DNA of 64,000 nt from Bispira polyomma. Taxonomy: Eukaryota. Positions 1 through 13,600 of the stretch are shown here, in pieces. Under the pieces are notes generated by a model. The model did no database searches. It was not told the DNA's origin and saw only the letters and a program-made list of their open reading frames with translations. The DNA lies in contig OZ287751.1 of assembly GCA_965649765.1 (NCBI GenBank), positions 62,248,001-62,312,000 of the forward strand, in the 5' to 3' direction. How positions within the stretch are numbered: the first letter of the stretch is position 1; every line of letters starts with the position of its first letter. A program made the translations under genes and the position numbers.

Positions 1-617
1 GTAAATAAAGATCATATTGAAAAAAAATATATATATTATATTCATTTCATTTACATATAATACAATAAATACTCAAAATTCGTTTTTATTACGTTTTAGC
101 TTCTGTTGAATACTAGTCAGTCGATATTACAAAAACCTAGACAAACAAATCTATTTTGCTTTTTGCTTTATGAAATGATTGATTTTTTCTTATGTTTTAC
201 TTACGCAAGCATACGTTTATATAAGTGTACATTTAATACGCAAATTTTTTTATTTTAAATTCGTTTTCATTATGTTTTACCTTCTGCTTGCTAATTGTTT
301 TAGCGTAATCGAAGTCGAAGCCCAGTGTGACCAGGCCATAAGGTAGCTTCCTTCTGTATGCCAAGCTGGTGCTCATTCTTCAATAAATAGCTTCTTGATC
401 GTTCTGTTTGTTTGTTGATGAATTGAGTCTGCCATCAGACCGCACTTAATCATGGGTCCTGACAAGTTCTCCCTTTGTCTGTAAAGACAGCTAGTGGACT
501 TTTGTTTCCACTTTTATATTATCAGGTTTGCAGTTGAGACACTGGTTCCTTCTTTTAAACAAGTAGCCGTTAAAGGTGTGTTTTTTTCTCTAGCCAATTG
601 TTATGTTTGCCTAAATT

Positions 618-751
618 AAGGCCACCTTAAATTTGGGTGAAGTTTAAACATAATCTCAACTTATGGTAACCTCAAAGTGAAGCAAGCGAGCCTTAAGCTC
701 GGGTTACCTTAAACTCACCAAGTTTAGCATTGCAAACACTAAGGTGGCCTT
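618..751. mobile_element. Small fold-back MITE-like element
   Basis: Terminal inverted repeat AAGGCCACCTTA (618-629) / TAAGGTGGCCTT (740-751), with nested imperfect inverted pairs TTGGGTGAAGTTTAA/TTAAACTCACCAA and GGTAACC/GGTTACC. Confidence 0.55.
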
Positions 752-944
752 TTGTTCTTAGTTTGTTCTTAGTTTATAAATATTAAACATTCACCCTTTA
801 TTATTTACTGACCTGCTATCTCACACCGGAGAAGTGAGCAAACTCCGGCTACCGACTAATAAAAAACATACCTTGATTGGGGTCAGGTTACTCCTCTGAC
901 CCTTTTTTACTGCATTTAGCAATCATTTTGTAATTATTTATCCT

Positions 945-1078
945 NNNNNNNNNNNNNNNNNNNNNNNNNNNNNNNNNNNNNNNNNNNNNNNNNNNNNNNN
1001 NNNNNNNNNNNNNNNNNNNNNNNNNNNNNNNNNNNNNNNNNNNNNNNNNNNNNNNNNNNNNNNNNNNNNNNNNNNNNN
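945..1078. other. Assembly gap (134 N)
   Basis: Run of N. Confidence 1.
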
Positions 1079-1084
1079 TTATAT

Positions 1085-1225
1085 ACTATTTTTGTTGTTC
1101 CGTTTGTTTGTTTCTTTGTGACCATCAGGATTACACCGAAACTAGACGACCAAATAAAAAAAATCTTTAGCACTGTGGTCAGAGGTATGCACTCTGCTGG
1201 ATGCCCTTCTTGTGGTTATGTCTCT
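1085..1225 (+). mobile_element. HINE-like (non-autonomous Helentron) fragment
   Basis: GTTTGTTTG microsatellite, CAGGATTAC and a 3' end GAGGTATGCACTCTGCTGGATGCCCTTCTTGT resembling HINE ends; related pieces at ~8.85-9.09, 9.44-9.69, 19.0-19.15 and 46.87-47.03 kb. Confidence 0.45.
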
Positions 1226-1765
1226 TCTAAAGCTAGGTTGTTGAAGAAATATATCCAATCTTAGCTAATGTGAAGAACATGATCCCATGACATATATATT
1301 GTGTAAAACACATTGGATTATTACTGCACTGTAACTCTGTCTGGAATTTAACCCAATTACATTGGACGGTTTTTGTTTAAATGTCAAATGACAATGTTAG
1401 ATATAGTTCATGATAATTTTATTTGGCACTTGGTTGGTTTTATCAGAATGAAATATCAAACTAACAAAAAATGTAAGTGACTTTGTTTAAGTTTATGTAT
1501 TAAAACATGATGCGTTACAATGTAAAAAATATAAACCATATAACATCAATCATCGATATCAGTAAATATGTATCAGTGAAAAAAATCATTTTGTGAATGC
1601 ATACATTATATATGTTCCCATTGAAGTAAATGATGTCAATGACCGTGTATACAGTGTGGAGTCATCAAAGATACCATAGATCTGAAAGACATTGCTAATT
1701 CCGGGTTTACATTTCCGGGTTGACGACTTAACTATTATTTTAAACTTGTGTACATAATATACACG

Positions 1766-2699
1766 CAGTTATGAAGGTATCAGAAGTGATGTGAAAAGTA
1801 ATGACCATGAAGTTTAAGAGTTTAATAAAAAGCAAGATAACATTTGGAGATTTATTGTTTTGTACAGGGTTAGCATATGTACAAGTTGTGGTAATTATAC
1901 AAGTGGTTACCAAAATTCAAGTTTAAGGTTGAATTTTTGAACTGAACCCACACAGGTTACTAAAAGAGTAAAGCCCACTTAAAGCGAGCATAACTAAAAT
2001 AAGACAAAAAATAAAAGTAAAATACCATACTTCATAAAAAAAAAAACACACTGGGACTTGCCCACTGCGTGTTACTACATAAATGCCTTGGGTCTAGCCC
2101 TTAGTTACATGAAATATACAGCTTTGTTAACGTGACCTGAGGCCACACTAGTATGCCATTTTGTCAGATATATCCCTAACAGTCTGCTAATCAAATGTAA
2201 TGTCCTTAATACAAAAAAAAAAAATACACAATGCTAGTTGTTCATAATCCTAATACCAGGAAACCCTAATGCTTAAATCTCTCAATCTCTCACAGTAAGG
2301 AGTCCGACACCTATGGCACCAAATTGCCTAGCAGAGAGTTCTGCCTCCCAGAGCTCCTATTCATCTCTGGCACCCTAAACGTGAGCTCAGAGGGGGTTTA
2401 GGAGACAGAACTCTCCACACGGAATCTGGGCTCCGACATATAATATGATAAGTAATATACTTATGTGGAGGTAGTAAAAGGGGTTTGGTGGTGGAACTTT
2501 TTCCACTTGTTACCTCCTTGGTTTGAGTTTTCAATATGGCACCCAAGCGTGGGGCCTAATACACAGTTTGACCATGTGTCCTAAGCTGATTGGTTTAGAG
2601 GTATTGTGTGATGGACAAAAGGAAAGGACTTTATTAAAAGGATTTAAAGTCGCACTTTATAACTGAGGCAGCAGGCCCCTGAAGTGGTTGTGCTGTTCA
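1766..2699 (-). mobile_element. Non-coding Ngaro-type derivative: A repeat - spacer - B repeat
   Basis: Reverse complement of 2500-2699 shares AGCAC..ACTTCAGGGG.CTGCT..CTCAGT, CCAATCA and CCATATTGAAA with the A repeat of the 32-38 kb element; the spacer carries the conserved stem-loop; 1766-1978 shares GCAGTTATG, AATAAAAAG, GAGATTT, TACAGG..TTAG and TACAAGTT with B1 of the 22-28 kb element. Confidence 0.75.
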
Positions 2700-3100
2700 T
2701 ATTGTGTTATTTTTAAGTCTCAATATTTTTAAGTTCTGATGTTAAATTGTAATATACTGTATGTATGAAATAAATTGATCAAGCTTTGGAAGTGGAAGGA
2801 AGGACGGAAAATATTGCCCAATAATGGGTTCCTGGGTCTGTGGATGTGAATAATGCAGTGTATCTATCTAGTAGCAAACTAGTGATTGCTCTGTTATATT
2901 ATAATCTTCTAGATCTAACAATTGTAGTCCCAAAATCTTTTTAAGATCCTCAGGTCCAAGTTTCCCTATTGATAAATGACATATTCTGCCTAAACATTCT
3001 ACAATGTGTAATTTTATTTCTATAGTGAAGGATTATACATATACAACTCTTTTTTCAGTTGACATTAACAATAGGATATTTTTGCCAGTAAAAATATTTC

Positions 3101-3653
3101 TTTGACAACATAATATTGCCAAGGTTTGCCGTGAATGTTACAATCATCTACGTGACTTGCGATGAATTCGTAGTTTCCTTAGCACTGATACTGCAGTTCT
3201 GGTGGCAAATGCTATGGTCAGTAGTCGCTTGGACTACTGCAACTCTTTACTATATGGGGTCAGTAAGGCTAATATTGCCAAACTCCAGAGAGTCCTAAAT
3301 ACTCCCTGTCACATTGTTTACAGCAGCCTCACACATGGAAATAGACTATCTGTTTCACTTCGCCCTAAATGTAAAATTGGAAGGCGCAGCTTTGCTATCG
3401 CTGCACCGGCAGAATGGAACTGGTTGCCACAAAATGTCAGATCCCAGCAGACACTATCAGCTTTTTTAAGTCAGCTCAAGACTCACTTGTTCAGACTGGC
3501 ATATCCCCCACCTTAGTTACTTCCTGGTTGGCGCTCACTTGGTAACAACCTTCGCTCGATAATGGAAGATCCCTTTTTCGAATTCAGCGCTGGAATTCAG
3601 AGGATTTTTTATCAATTTTGCGCTATATAAATGCTTCTATTATTATTATTATT
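3101..3653 (+). mobile_element. L2/CR1-group LINE 3' fragment, internally deleted
   Basis: ANAMVSSRLDYCNSLLYG ... GRRSFAIAAPAEWNWLP ... LKTHLFRLAYPP*, then GCGCTATATAAAT and a (TAT)n tail. Confidence 0.85.
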
Positions 3654-3981
3654 CGCAGAGGATAATATTCTTCAGCATACTTCAACGCAAATGTGTACCT
3701 TACAGTAGTCAATTATTACATAAAAAATGGCTTTTTACATTTGACTAATATTTTTACTTATTAATGGTGATATCCAATTGTGTTCACTATTAATGACGTT
3801 ATTAATTGAAGTAGCTTATAACTGTCTCATAACCTTATACTTAAAGTAACTATCTCTCATAATTTAATACATAAATACTATAATACTTAGTGCTTTATGT
3901 TTTGAAATAGTCCATTTTGTATATTTCATTGTTAAATAAATAAAGTTTCAATAAAAATTAAAAAACAAAAATTGGTATTAG

Positions 3982-4125
3982 ATCCATTTAGGATTTTTTT
4001 CCTAGGTCTTAAAAAATTACATTTGTATTTCGTCCATTAGGATTTTATCCTAGTGAAATTTATAGGGATTTTGTACCTTGGGACTTTCTACCGTGGGATT
4101 TTGTCCATTCGGATTTTGTCCTACA
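3982..4125. repeat. Degenerate GGATTTTGTCC-type short repeats (likely DNA-transposon subterminal array)
   Basis: About 6 imperfect copies of GGATTTT(G/A)TCC at ~16-bp or longer spacing. Confidence 0.45.
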
Positions 4126-4292
4126 TTAATTTTTGCCACTAACATTTGTGGGTGCAGTAAAATACTACAAGACCTACACTAAAACAAAGGCTATTCAGCT
4201 ACTTTGTTTACCGTTCGCCCCAATTATATATGGTTAGTTGGTATATCCATTATTCATGTTTCCATACTATTTGTTTCTTGTCAACAGTGGGT

Positions 4293-4396
4293 CTAATTTC
4301 TGCTCATACTTGAGGCTAATTACCACCAGTTTGTCTCTACAGCACTAATTTCTGCTCATACTTGAGGCTAATTACCACCAGTTAGTCTCTACAGCA
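4293..4396. repeat. 52-bp tandem duplication
   Basis: CTAATTTCTGCTCATACTTGAGGCTAATTACCACCAGTT(T/A)GTCTCTACAGCA x2. Confidence 0.95.
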
Positions 4397-6000
4397 CAAA
4401 TTCAAGATATACACATCATTGTGTTTATAAAAATAAATATGAATATATTCTGGTCCTCCAAGTCCTTAAACTTTAATCAAGCTTTTCGTACAGGCAGCTA
4501 GAACACTTTTCAGCTTCAAATTGATTTATACATTAACACGAAGGGTTACATTTTGAAATTACGATCTAAACTTGAGCAAGAGGGGTTTGGTATTAAGTGT
4601 CAGATTTACGTCAAACATGACATCTGTCCTTGCTTAATAATAGAGTGCTAATTAAACTCTCTAATAAGACCGTGTAAAACAGGTGTTTTTTTAGAAGTAC
4701 TGTGGTTTATTGTAGGAAGTTGTCACTGCAAATGATTTCATTTAGTGAGTTGACATTAAAACCTCAACTCTTAAAAACAAAATATACTGGTGGCTACTGG
4801 AGTTTTTGCAGCATGTTCGACATGACATTAATGTCACATTTAGGTAATATGTTCACCGTTTTAGGCATTGTCAAACAATCGTCACACATACAATAAATAA
4901 CCAACCACAAAATAAGCTCCAATATGAGATATAAATGTAAAACCTATGTTTTTAAAGTAGCTTTTTTACCATTATTTATTCCTTTTTTCTCATGTTTTTT
5001 ACTTTGTACTTTTTGTGTTATGGTTTGGATAATTTTAGTGTGGTAGACTAGGCTCGCTTAAGATTTATACCTGAACATTAAATTTATTACACTGAGTAAC
5101 ATATCTAATATTTATAATTTTATTAGGATATCAATTTGCATATAACAAACCAGTCTAACCGGGTTTTAATTTTTTTGTTATTTAGATGATCTATTGTATT
5201 CTAAAAGAGTTTAACATTAAACTTTTCGGTTATTAGAATAAATCATGCCATTGTCTTCAACAAGTTCATATAGTACAACATATTATAAGAAGTATGTAAA
5301 GCTGCTTCATCTAGTTTGCTAAATGCCCCCGAAATACCCCCCCCCCCCCCCCCAAAAAAAAAAAAAAAAAAAAAAAAAAAATGAAAAAAAAAAGTAAAAA
5401 CAAGTTAAGAAAAAAACATTTAAATATGTCACGTTAAAGCTATATTTAATAGTACTTTACAGTGTAATACCAAAAGTAACATTACAAAATACATCTGCAG
5501 TTTTTAGCAAGCCAATAAATATAGGTTATTTTCTGGTGTTTTTCATCGGAACAGAAAATGTTATTGAGGGAAGTGAGTAAAACTAGACAGGAAATGAAAG
5601 TTCTTTGCTACTTGGCTGAGTGAATTGAGTCTTGCCATTATTACATCCCGTGTGTTCCCGTACATGTCTCGGCGGCGAGAGTCATATAATGAAGATATTG
5701 CCAATATCTCCGACACTGCACTGCTTTCACTCCACTTAGCAACTAGAATTGAGTCAAAATGTTTCCCCATTTTAGTTTTTGAATGAATGACACAGAAGAA
5801 ATTATTTAGCTTTGTTCCTTTGTTTAATTAATGGTGGCCTTAATTAGCAATCTAGGTAGAATGTGCTCAGAATATTTAAATATGGACTGAAACAGAATTA
5901 GAAAGTGAGACATCATTTAGAGAAAAATAGTGATGTTTTGCCCTCTGAAATGCTTTTGATATGTGACCAAAATTAATCACATGACTAAAAATAAATAAAC

Positions 6001-6401
6001 AGTATGTTGCATATACTGACCATTTGTTGACTGGTGTGTTGTATACACTGACCATTTGTTGACAGGTGTGTTGTATACACTGACCATTTGTTGACTGGGG
6101 TGTCTTATACACTGACTATTTGTTGACTGGTGTGTTGTATACACTGACCATTAGTTGACTGGTGTGTTGTATACACTGACCATTTGTTGACTGGTGTGTT
6201 GTTTTCACTGACCATTTGTTGACTGGTGTGTTGTATACACTGACCATTAGTTCACTGGTGTGTTGTATACACTGACCATTTGTTGACTGGTGTGTTGTTT
6301 TCACTGACCATTTGTTGACTGGTGTGTTGTATACACTGACCATTTGTTGACTAGTATGTTGTATACACTACCCATTTGTTGACTAGTGTGTTGTATACAC
6401 T
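6001..6401. repeat. 32-bp minisatellite (~12.5 copies)
   Basis: Unit ATACACTGACCATTTGTTGACTGGTGTGTTGT; explains the repetitive ORFs at 5876-6343. Confidence 0.95.
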
Positions 6402-6424
6402 ATTGTGGTGTACAAATTTATCAG

Positions 6425-6560
6425 TAGGAATTAACATCCTTGGGCAAGAAGTGTACATTCATTTGCCTAGTGGCTTGGATAACTACTTAAAATGGCAGTT
6501 CTCTGTCCTGTGTCAGGCTCTGGATCCTTTTGGACGTTGATAAGTGGTCAGCCTCAAGCC
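6425..6560 (+). mobile_element. CORE-type SINE fragment
   Basis: ATCCTTGGGCAAGA..GT...TTTGCCTAGTGGCT.GGAT, matching the SINE at 29070. Confidence 0.5.
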
Positions 6561-9437
6561 TCTCTCTTTCGTTAGGGGAAAGACAAGTAACTGATGCGGT
6601 TGACTGTTACAATTCTCTGAATATCAGATGAAGGTACATATATATGCGCGGAATATATATTTAAATAAATGAAATAAAGGCTATGCTTTGTTCTGTCTGT
6701 CTATGATTCACCCAAACAAAAGAGCATGAATTTGTTTTTTTTTGTTTTGTTTTTTTTCAGTTGACAAAACACTAGTGCAGGATTTCTCTTCCCATGTGGG
6801 TTCCAATTTTCTGCTTTAATATTTTTAGTATCACTTATTTGATTTGGTCTTTCTAATTCCACCCAAAAGGATTAGTTATTTGGGAAACAATGTATTTTTT
6901 TTTGTTTTGTAACTCACATTTTGCCATCGATACCAGATTGTTTCTTAAACTTTGTACTTAAATTCAAATATTGGAATTGGATATATAATATATTCGTGCT
7001 GTGTTTAATCACATTGCAAATATTTTACTAATGCGAGTAATTTATTGAATGACTAAAACTTTAAAATATCTAACATGTGTCCAATCACGTGTATAACGTT
7101 GCAGTCCTTATTGTAAGGAGTTTACGTTGACAATGATATACAAACACTATTATGATTTCCGGTACCAACAATCTTAACAAAAAAGACCAATCTCGGTCTA
7201 GAATTTTATCAGAGTTTACTACAATCTATCAGTATTATTATTCATTTATATTACAAAACACTTTAGATTCAGATGCCATTAGCTTTAACTTATAGCTCTT
7301 TGTATGTTGATATAAAGTATAAGAAAAATTTGCAAAAAAATATTGTTCACTGTTATTGTCTATGACCTTGGGAAGTGACCCTTGAATTAATGCTCAGGAT
7401 TCCGAGTTTAAGATGTAAACAGTTTTACCCTTTTTCTCATACTACTTTTACAAACCACACTTCTCCCAAGTGAAACATCTGATGCCTCTGTTTGAAGATT
7501 TAATGAGGTAAAAACTGGGAATAGTCGGAATAGTTGGAGGTTTCTCCTGAATTTTTCATGGCTTTATGATTAATGGCAGGAGTTGGCATGTTATATTCTC
7601 TGAGTGAAATTTGTATGCATCATTTTTTGTCCTTCCCTTCGTATTTAAGAAATAAAAGGAAATCTTATGTTTGCAAATAATTTCTGGTTATAAGTAATAG
7701 CTGTTTCCCAAAAGAAGATTTGTAGATTTTTCCCTTTTTAGAAATTAGCTTTACTGCTATATTTTAGCAGAAAGTTAATTGATAATGCCTATACTGTAAA
7801 AGTTGACATTAACAGGAGGAATAAATTTTAGCTAATTATTTGGGCTAGTGAAATTAAATCTCAGGGATCATTGAACTTGTATTGATGTTTTAACTACAAA
7901 AAAGCCAATAGCAAAAATGAATTCCAGTGAAACTTCTATCTAAAATTTACATTTCTACTTGATAATTTTGATTATATGGTTGTATATTGTAAGGTATTAA
8001 TGATAGCTGTGGACGTTGATAATCCTATTTTCTTACTTCCTGACTATAAGAAAGTATTTAACTTATTTCCAGTTATGAGCTTTCAAAAATAAATTGTAAG
8101 TAAAAAGTGGCTGGTAATCACCTTTAATTCCTGTGCCAAAGTAATCAGAACATTTAAACACTACTTCTTCGAACTATTATATGTGCAACACACGTAGAAC
8201 AAGTTATTTAAGCCAGCATTAAGCAACCATTTTCAAGTATGCATAAAAACTGATTATTGTAAGAACAATTTACAGTTTCATCCATACTTCAAAAAAAGGT
8301 AATCACCATTCCCTGCTTTTAAACATTACAAAGTCTACTCAAGTTGTAATTGTTTTGTAAGTGCAGTATTTCCCACTGGGAAATTAAAACCACTGCATAA
8401 AAAGGTGCATAACAATAAATGGAGTAAAAGCAGCGAAAATGTTAAGGAAGAGTCACCACAGATTAAAAAATATAATAGAAAGACCAGGAAGTCCTTTTTA
8501 ATAATTGAACTTACAAAAACATATTGACAAAAATTGATGGGTACATAAAATTAACATGAATTTATCAAATTAAATATTTAAATTAAAATTGTTTATTTGT
8601 TGTTAATTTAGAAAACCCGTGGCAGAAAATCCTAGCAGACTGAGAATAGACCCGTCCATCAGAGTAATGTTAAAATACACCTGGATTTGTATGCACAAAG
8701 TGGGAAACATTTAACTTCTACATGGAACCATGATGTCCTCGTAAATGTCTCCTGGAGAACCAACCAATTCATTTATCTTCAATAGGTCTTTATTACCTTT
8801 CAAGCACATTTTAAAAGACACCATTACAGTTTTTAAGATACTATACTCTCCTAAATAAAGGTTATGCTGTTGCCTATGTCCGCTGGTTGGTTTGTTTTGT
8901 CACTAAAATTACACACCCACCCACACACACACAAATTTTACTGAACTGATTTACTTAAAGGGGTCAGCAATGGGAGCAAGGGAGAATGCCATTCAATTTA
9001 ATAGGGATCATATCTGGGTAGAAAGGTGGATTCAGTATGTGTTTCCCCAACTGAGGTATGACACTCTCCTTCTAGCACTTTTCTCAGTTGTTATAGTTTG
9101 ATACAGATCTATACCCCCTACCCCTTGGATATTCCACCCATCCAATGTTCAACATGGTCGCCCATGTCGTGGTGGTGAGTACATGTGTCTGGTAGCTAGA
9201 GGCTCTCAGGATACAATTTCCGCTAATTATTTTTATAGAAGAAATTATGTAGCACCAAACTGATATAGTATCCTCTAAGGCACTGGTTGTCTGAATGCTA
9301 AATGGTTAGTCGGAGGACAGAAATGGGTCATGACCAGAAGGGCATCTATAGGGGAGACTATCTAAGGTGGGCGATAATGTCACACAAATCATTTAATAAT
9401 AGCATATAATAAGGACTATGGTTGTATAGTAAAACAC

Positions 9438-9690
9438 ATAACTCCGCCAAGATTGTCCAAAAAACAAATTTCCGGATCTGCCTTTCTGCCTGATTTTATA
9501 CCAAAATTTAATGGATTCATCCTTGGTCCATTTCGCATCATTTGACCAGATTTTCTGTTAATCGGTTCTGTAGTCTCTTTCTGTGTAACACTGTTGACAA
9601 ATTAACAATCAAATATTAAATTAAGAAAGGAATCAAACTAACCAATAAACCAGTGGACATATGCAAAAAATACCCTCCTTTCAGGTAAAA
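9438..9690. mobile_element. HINE-like (non-autonomous Helentron) copy
   Basis: ATAACTCCGCCAAG ... CCAAAATTTAATGGATTC.TCCTTGGTCCA ... AATCGGTTCTGTAG ... CAAAC/CAACC repeats ... CCTCCTTT..GGTAA, resembling HINE architecture. Confidence 0.5.
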
Positions 9691-10627
9691 GATGTATCTC
9701 AAAAAGTCATTTTTAACCTCTAGAAAACAAATAGTTAAAGTGACCCTGGTAAAAATACAAAATGCTCAAGTGAAAGTAAATCCAAGCGATGTTGATTTAG
9801 TTCCTGACTCATGTACCCCCTTTAGTCGCCTTCAATCATTGCTCCATAAATATGACATAACACCGACAATAATGAGTTTTCAGAAAGCTCACACAATAGA
9901 GGTTGTCTACTTGAAATCATTCCACCCAGGACACACAAGAAAGAGAACATAGGGCTTGCTGCAATAGCATGCATATTAAGGGGCTGATCCCCCATGCATT
10001 ATCATGAGGAGGCTTTTTGGGGGGTTCTTTTTTGTGTTCACAACATAAGCAAGGATTAGTGCCAAAGCTCCAAGAAAACCTTGCCATCACTTTTCCACTA
10101 AAACAAGTTGACTTCCCTTGGTTTTTCTTCCCCATACGTTACACTGTTTTTTTTTGTTTTTTTCAGTAAATATTACTGCCTCTGTATTACCTATTGTGTA
10201 ACACTTACAACCGGAGGGGAAAAAACACACACTAAAAAAAACACACACACACCCCAAAAAACAGTATTCATTTAAACGGGGACATTTAGACGAATTATCT
10301 TGTCTGTCTTGTCCAGTGAAATATTATTTTGACTTGATAAATAATTTGTGGCACTTAGTGACTAAATTATCCTTATTGCATTATTAGTTGCAGCGGAAAA
10401 AAGTTTTTTTTGCAGAGTTACTTAAAAATGGGGGACATTGCCCAGGAGAATAAGGCAATATCATCAGTATAATGTATTCCCCCGCTTTTGTTTCTCTCTC
10501 TTCCTCTCTCTCTCTCTCTGTCCGACAGTTTTACTTTCTATAGTCTTTATAAAATATGGTCCAGGCGATAGGGGGGTACTTGTGTAAATGTTGTCTTAAT
10601 TCCCAGAGGCAGAGCCCGGATGGCTGG

Positions 10628-10682
10628 ATGATAATAACAGTCTGCTACATTATTTACGGAGCCTTGATTTCAACAGTCTCTG
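10628..10682 (+). CDS. Putative signal-peptide exon (MIITVCYIIYGALISTVS)
   Basis: Hydrophobic peptide, acceptor TCCCAG ending at 10606, phase-1 donor G|GTCGTA compatible with the SUEL exon; the donor is weak. Confidence 0.45.
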
Positions 10683-13600
10683 GTCGTATTCTCCATCCCT
10701 CCCCCCCCGTTCCCCCCAAAATATCTCAAACTCAAACTGAAGTTGAAGCCCAACTTAGCCAATGTGTCAATATCTCTGGCTAGTGTGCTGTAAAATAAAA
10801 TCTGAGTGTATATTTGAATTCAGTGCTAAAAGCTCTTATAAAATAAATTGTTACAAGTATTGATTATTATGTACATGTACAGAGACATATATTGGTGTTC
10901 TGTAGAACAATAGGTTCACAGCAAAGTCCTTTCTCTGTTCTCTCCTTAACTTTCTTTGAAAGGTTAGCCTGCGTGGGCTTCACTGACGACACAGGCTTTG
11001 GTCCTTTAATATTATTTGGTATTTTCTTATGATAAAAATAAAAAAATAGCCAGTTTGACCATTGACACATATTCAGATTGTACCTAAAATGAAAGTGACA
11101 TATTTTTGTGCAAAGTATTCTTCATGGAAGTTGTCTTTTACAGTGAGTGTAGTTTCCATTTTATTCGGATGTTTATAGGAGATTTTACAGTAAATGGTTT
11201 AACCCAATAATTTGTCAAGTCAGCAAATTATCATTGTTCAAGCGAATATTAAGTATAATACTGTCTCAGTGGTGAAACATAAACAAAGAATGAGGTTGGA
11301 GTTTCTAAATTTCTAACAGTTATTTATGAAAAACCCCTACACACTTGAAAATACTGGAACAGTCACACATTGTACAGTATAATGATACCAGAGGGAACAT
11401 ATACAAGTGAGAACAATGGTTTCTGACGTCATATTTTGGGGCTGGTTTTAAGAAAATACAAAACTATTGTATGTGATAGTGACATATTTTTGTGCTAAGT
11501 ATTCTACATGAAAATTGTAATTCACAGTAAGTGAAGTTGCCATTTAAAAAAATATACCACTTTTATTTTAAGTGCAAAAATGCTTTAAGCTAAGAAGACA
11601 CTCTTTTTGTTTTGACAGTTAGGCTATGGGGGACATATGATATTTGTAAAAGGTTTTCTCTCTCCTTGAAGCTTAGCTAAGCCAGAGTGACAGATGCCTA
11701 TTTAAAGCAGAACTAACTCCCTTTCTCCCCCTACCACCACTGTCTTCTACTACTGTACATTATTTAAGACCCAGAAAATATGTGGTCCCCTGGGGGGACA
11801 GGGGTGATAACCAGGCTACCAAGCGTGATTTGTAGCCAGATAAACCTAGAATGCTCTAGCCCCCCTCTTCTCCGCCCCACACTCTTTCAGAGTAAAAGAA
11901 GGACAAACCATCAATCATTGTCCATGGATATACATACTCCCTTTCTCTCTCCTCCCCTCCCATTTTGAGTTAAGGAGAAGGATTGTAGGACCAGTAATTA
12001 GTTTTTTTGTGAGTAATTTGCACATTGATGCCTGTGCTTGGACTTTAGGACTCCAGTGCTGGTCCTTTAAAGCTACATATATAAATAAGCACAAGTGTAT
12101 AGGAAAGGTTTATCAAGAAATGAGGGAGGTTCTATGTGTGTGGTTTTAGTTGGAGAAGAAACTTAGTTCAATTCATAAAACTTACCAGCATGGTTATGGG
12201 GGTTTGCTAAATTATTTTTTTGGTGAAAACGAAAAGAAAACAGACAAAAAGTATTTTACATTGCTCATGTTTACATTTGTATATGTATATCAGCCTCATT
12301 CATCATATGTAATAAGGAAACCCCTGAAATGGTAACTTAGATTTATAATTTAGTTGGGTTTTTCGTCGCTTTCAACAGCCTGGGTCATATCTAAAATGGT
12401 AAAGCTGGTTGTTCTTTTATGTGGTAGTTCCGGGGGACATTATTAGTACAATGATCACACCTACAGTCTTCTACTTTATAATTTCTGCTGTTATGTGAGT
12501 GGCATAATGCTGATATATAAAAGGACAAATGAATGTGGATGTCTGGGGATTTCCATTAATCGTTTTCCCTCTGCACTGCTAGAAATTTACATAATTTGTC
12601 CAGAAGTCCGAATCTTTTGTCTTATAACAAAAGCAACTAGGGGAAAAGTGTATGAAAGCCATATTTTGAGTTCTGGTTTACTATTTGTCCTTTAATTTAA
12701 TCTGCATACGGATTGACCACTGTTTCTTTCAGATCCCTTAGAGAACCAGTTTGGCAGAAGTTGCCAGCTTGGTTGATATAAAGCCAGGTTCTGGTTGAAA
12801 TTGCCAATAATGTATAGAAACTAGATTTCTACTGTTGAACAGTAACCTATGAAAAGTATCTGTTATACTTCCCCACATGTATACTACTGACCTATGGAAA
12901 ATATCTAATATACTTGTAAAACAATAATCTAAGGAATGTACCTGACATACTTTCCTACCTGAAAATGGCACTATCGTTTCCGCCACTGCCCACAGAGTAT
13001 CACAGATACATATGAAGATGATCTTTTTGATGAAGGACGTTATGTTTTAATGGGTTCCATTTACAAAATGTTTCACATGTTTTGTACAGAATTTACAAAT
13101 ATCATACTCAGCCTTAGTCTAAATAGGAATATAAATAATACTTCTTTTCAGTAGTATGTTATATGAAACATGGCCTAAAATTACTTTCATGACTTATCTA
13201 CAACCTCACTTCATGTATATCTTTATCAACATTTTTTTGGAAGATTTGTAACAATAATACAAGATGCCTTTGGGCAAATATAATAAAGCACTTGTTCAAT
13301 TCTGTTAATAATATTTACAAGAGGTGTCAAAAACCCAACAGATTATACTCTTTTGAAGGTCACTTTCACTAATAAATCCTGAGACCTCACATTCCTTTTG
13401 TTTTCCTTTAGTTTCAGATATCAAAGACTTCTGTGCCGTTGAATCGTTCAATGTGACCTGCCCTAAGGATCATGTGATCCTCATGATGCATGCGCTGTAT
13501 GGACGGATGAAGAAAGGTCGCTGCATTGAAGGTGAAGGGGGTTACCTAGGATGTTCTAGCAACGTCATAGCCACTTTTGATGCCAAATGCTCAGGCAGGC

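Noticed and set aside
5336-5393. Poly-C / poly-A runs
   Set aside because: Low-complexity homopolymers with no supporting structure
5561-5770. 69-aa minus-strand ORF in a CpG-rich patch
   Set aside because: No recognisable motif or splice context; close to a MITE-like end GGTGGCCTTAA at ~5834
6001-6401. 32-bp repeats as a CRISPR array or repeat protein
   Set aside because: Units are contiguous with no unique spacers; eukaryotic context; the ORFs are repeat by-products
6628-6633. ATGAAG|GTACAT as first coding exon of the lectin gene (phase-compatible with the acceptor at 10606)
   Set aside because: Only 6 coding nt, next to a SINE remnant; cannot be told from chance without transcripts
12733-12771. 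Possible extra phase 1-1 exon (DPLENQFGRSCQL)
   Set aside because: Good acceptor but weak donor and no homology support
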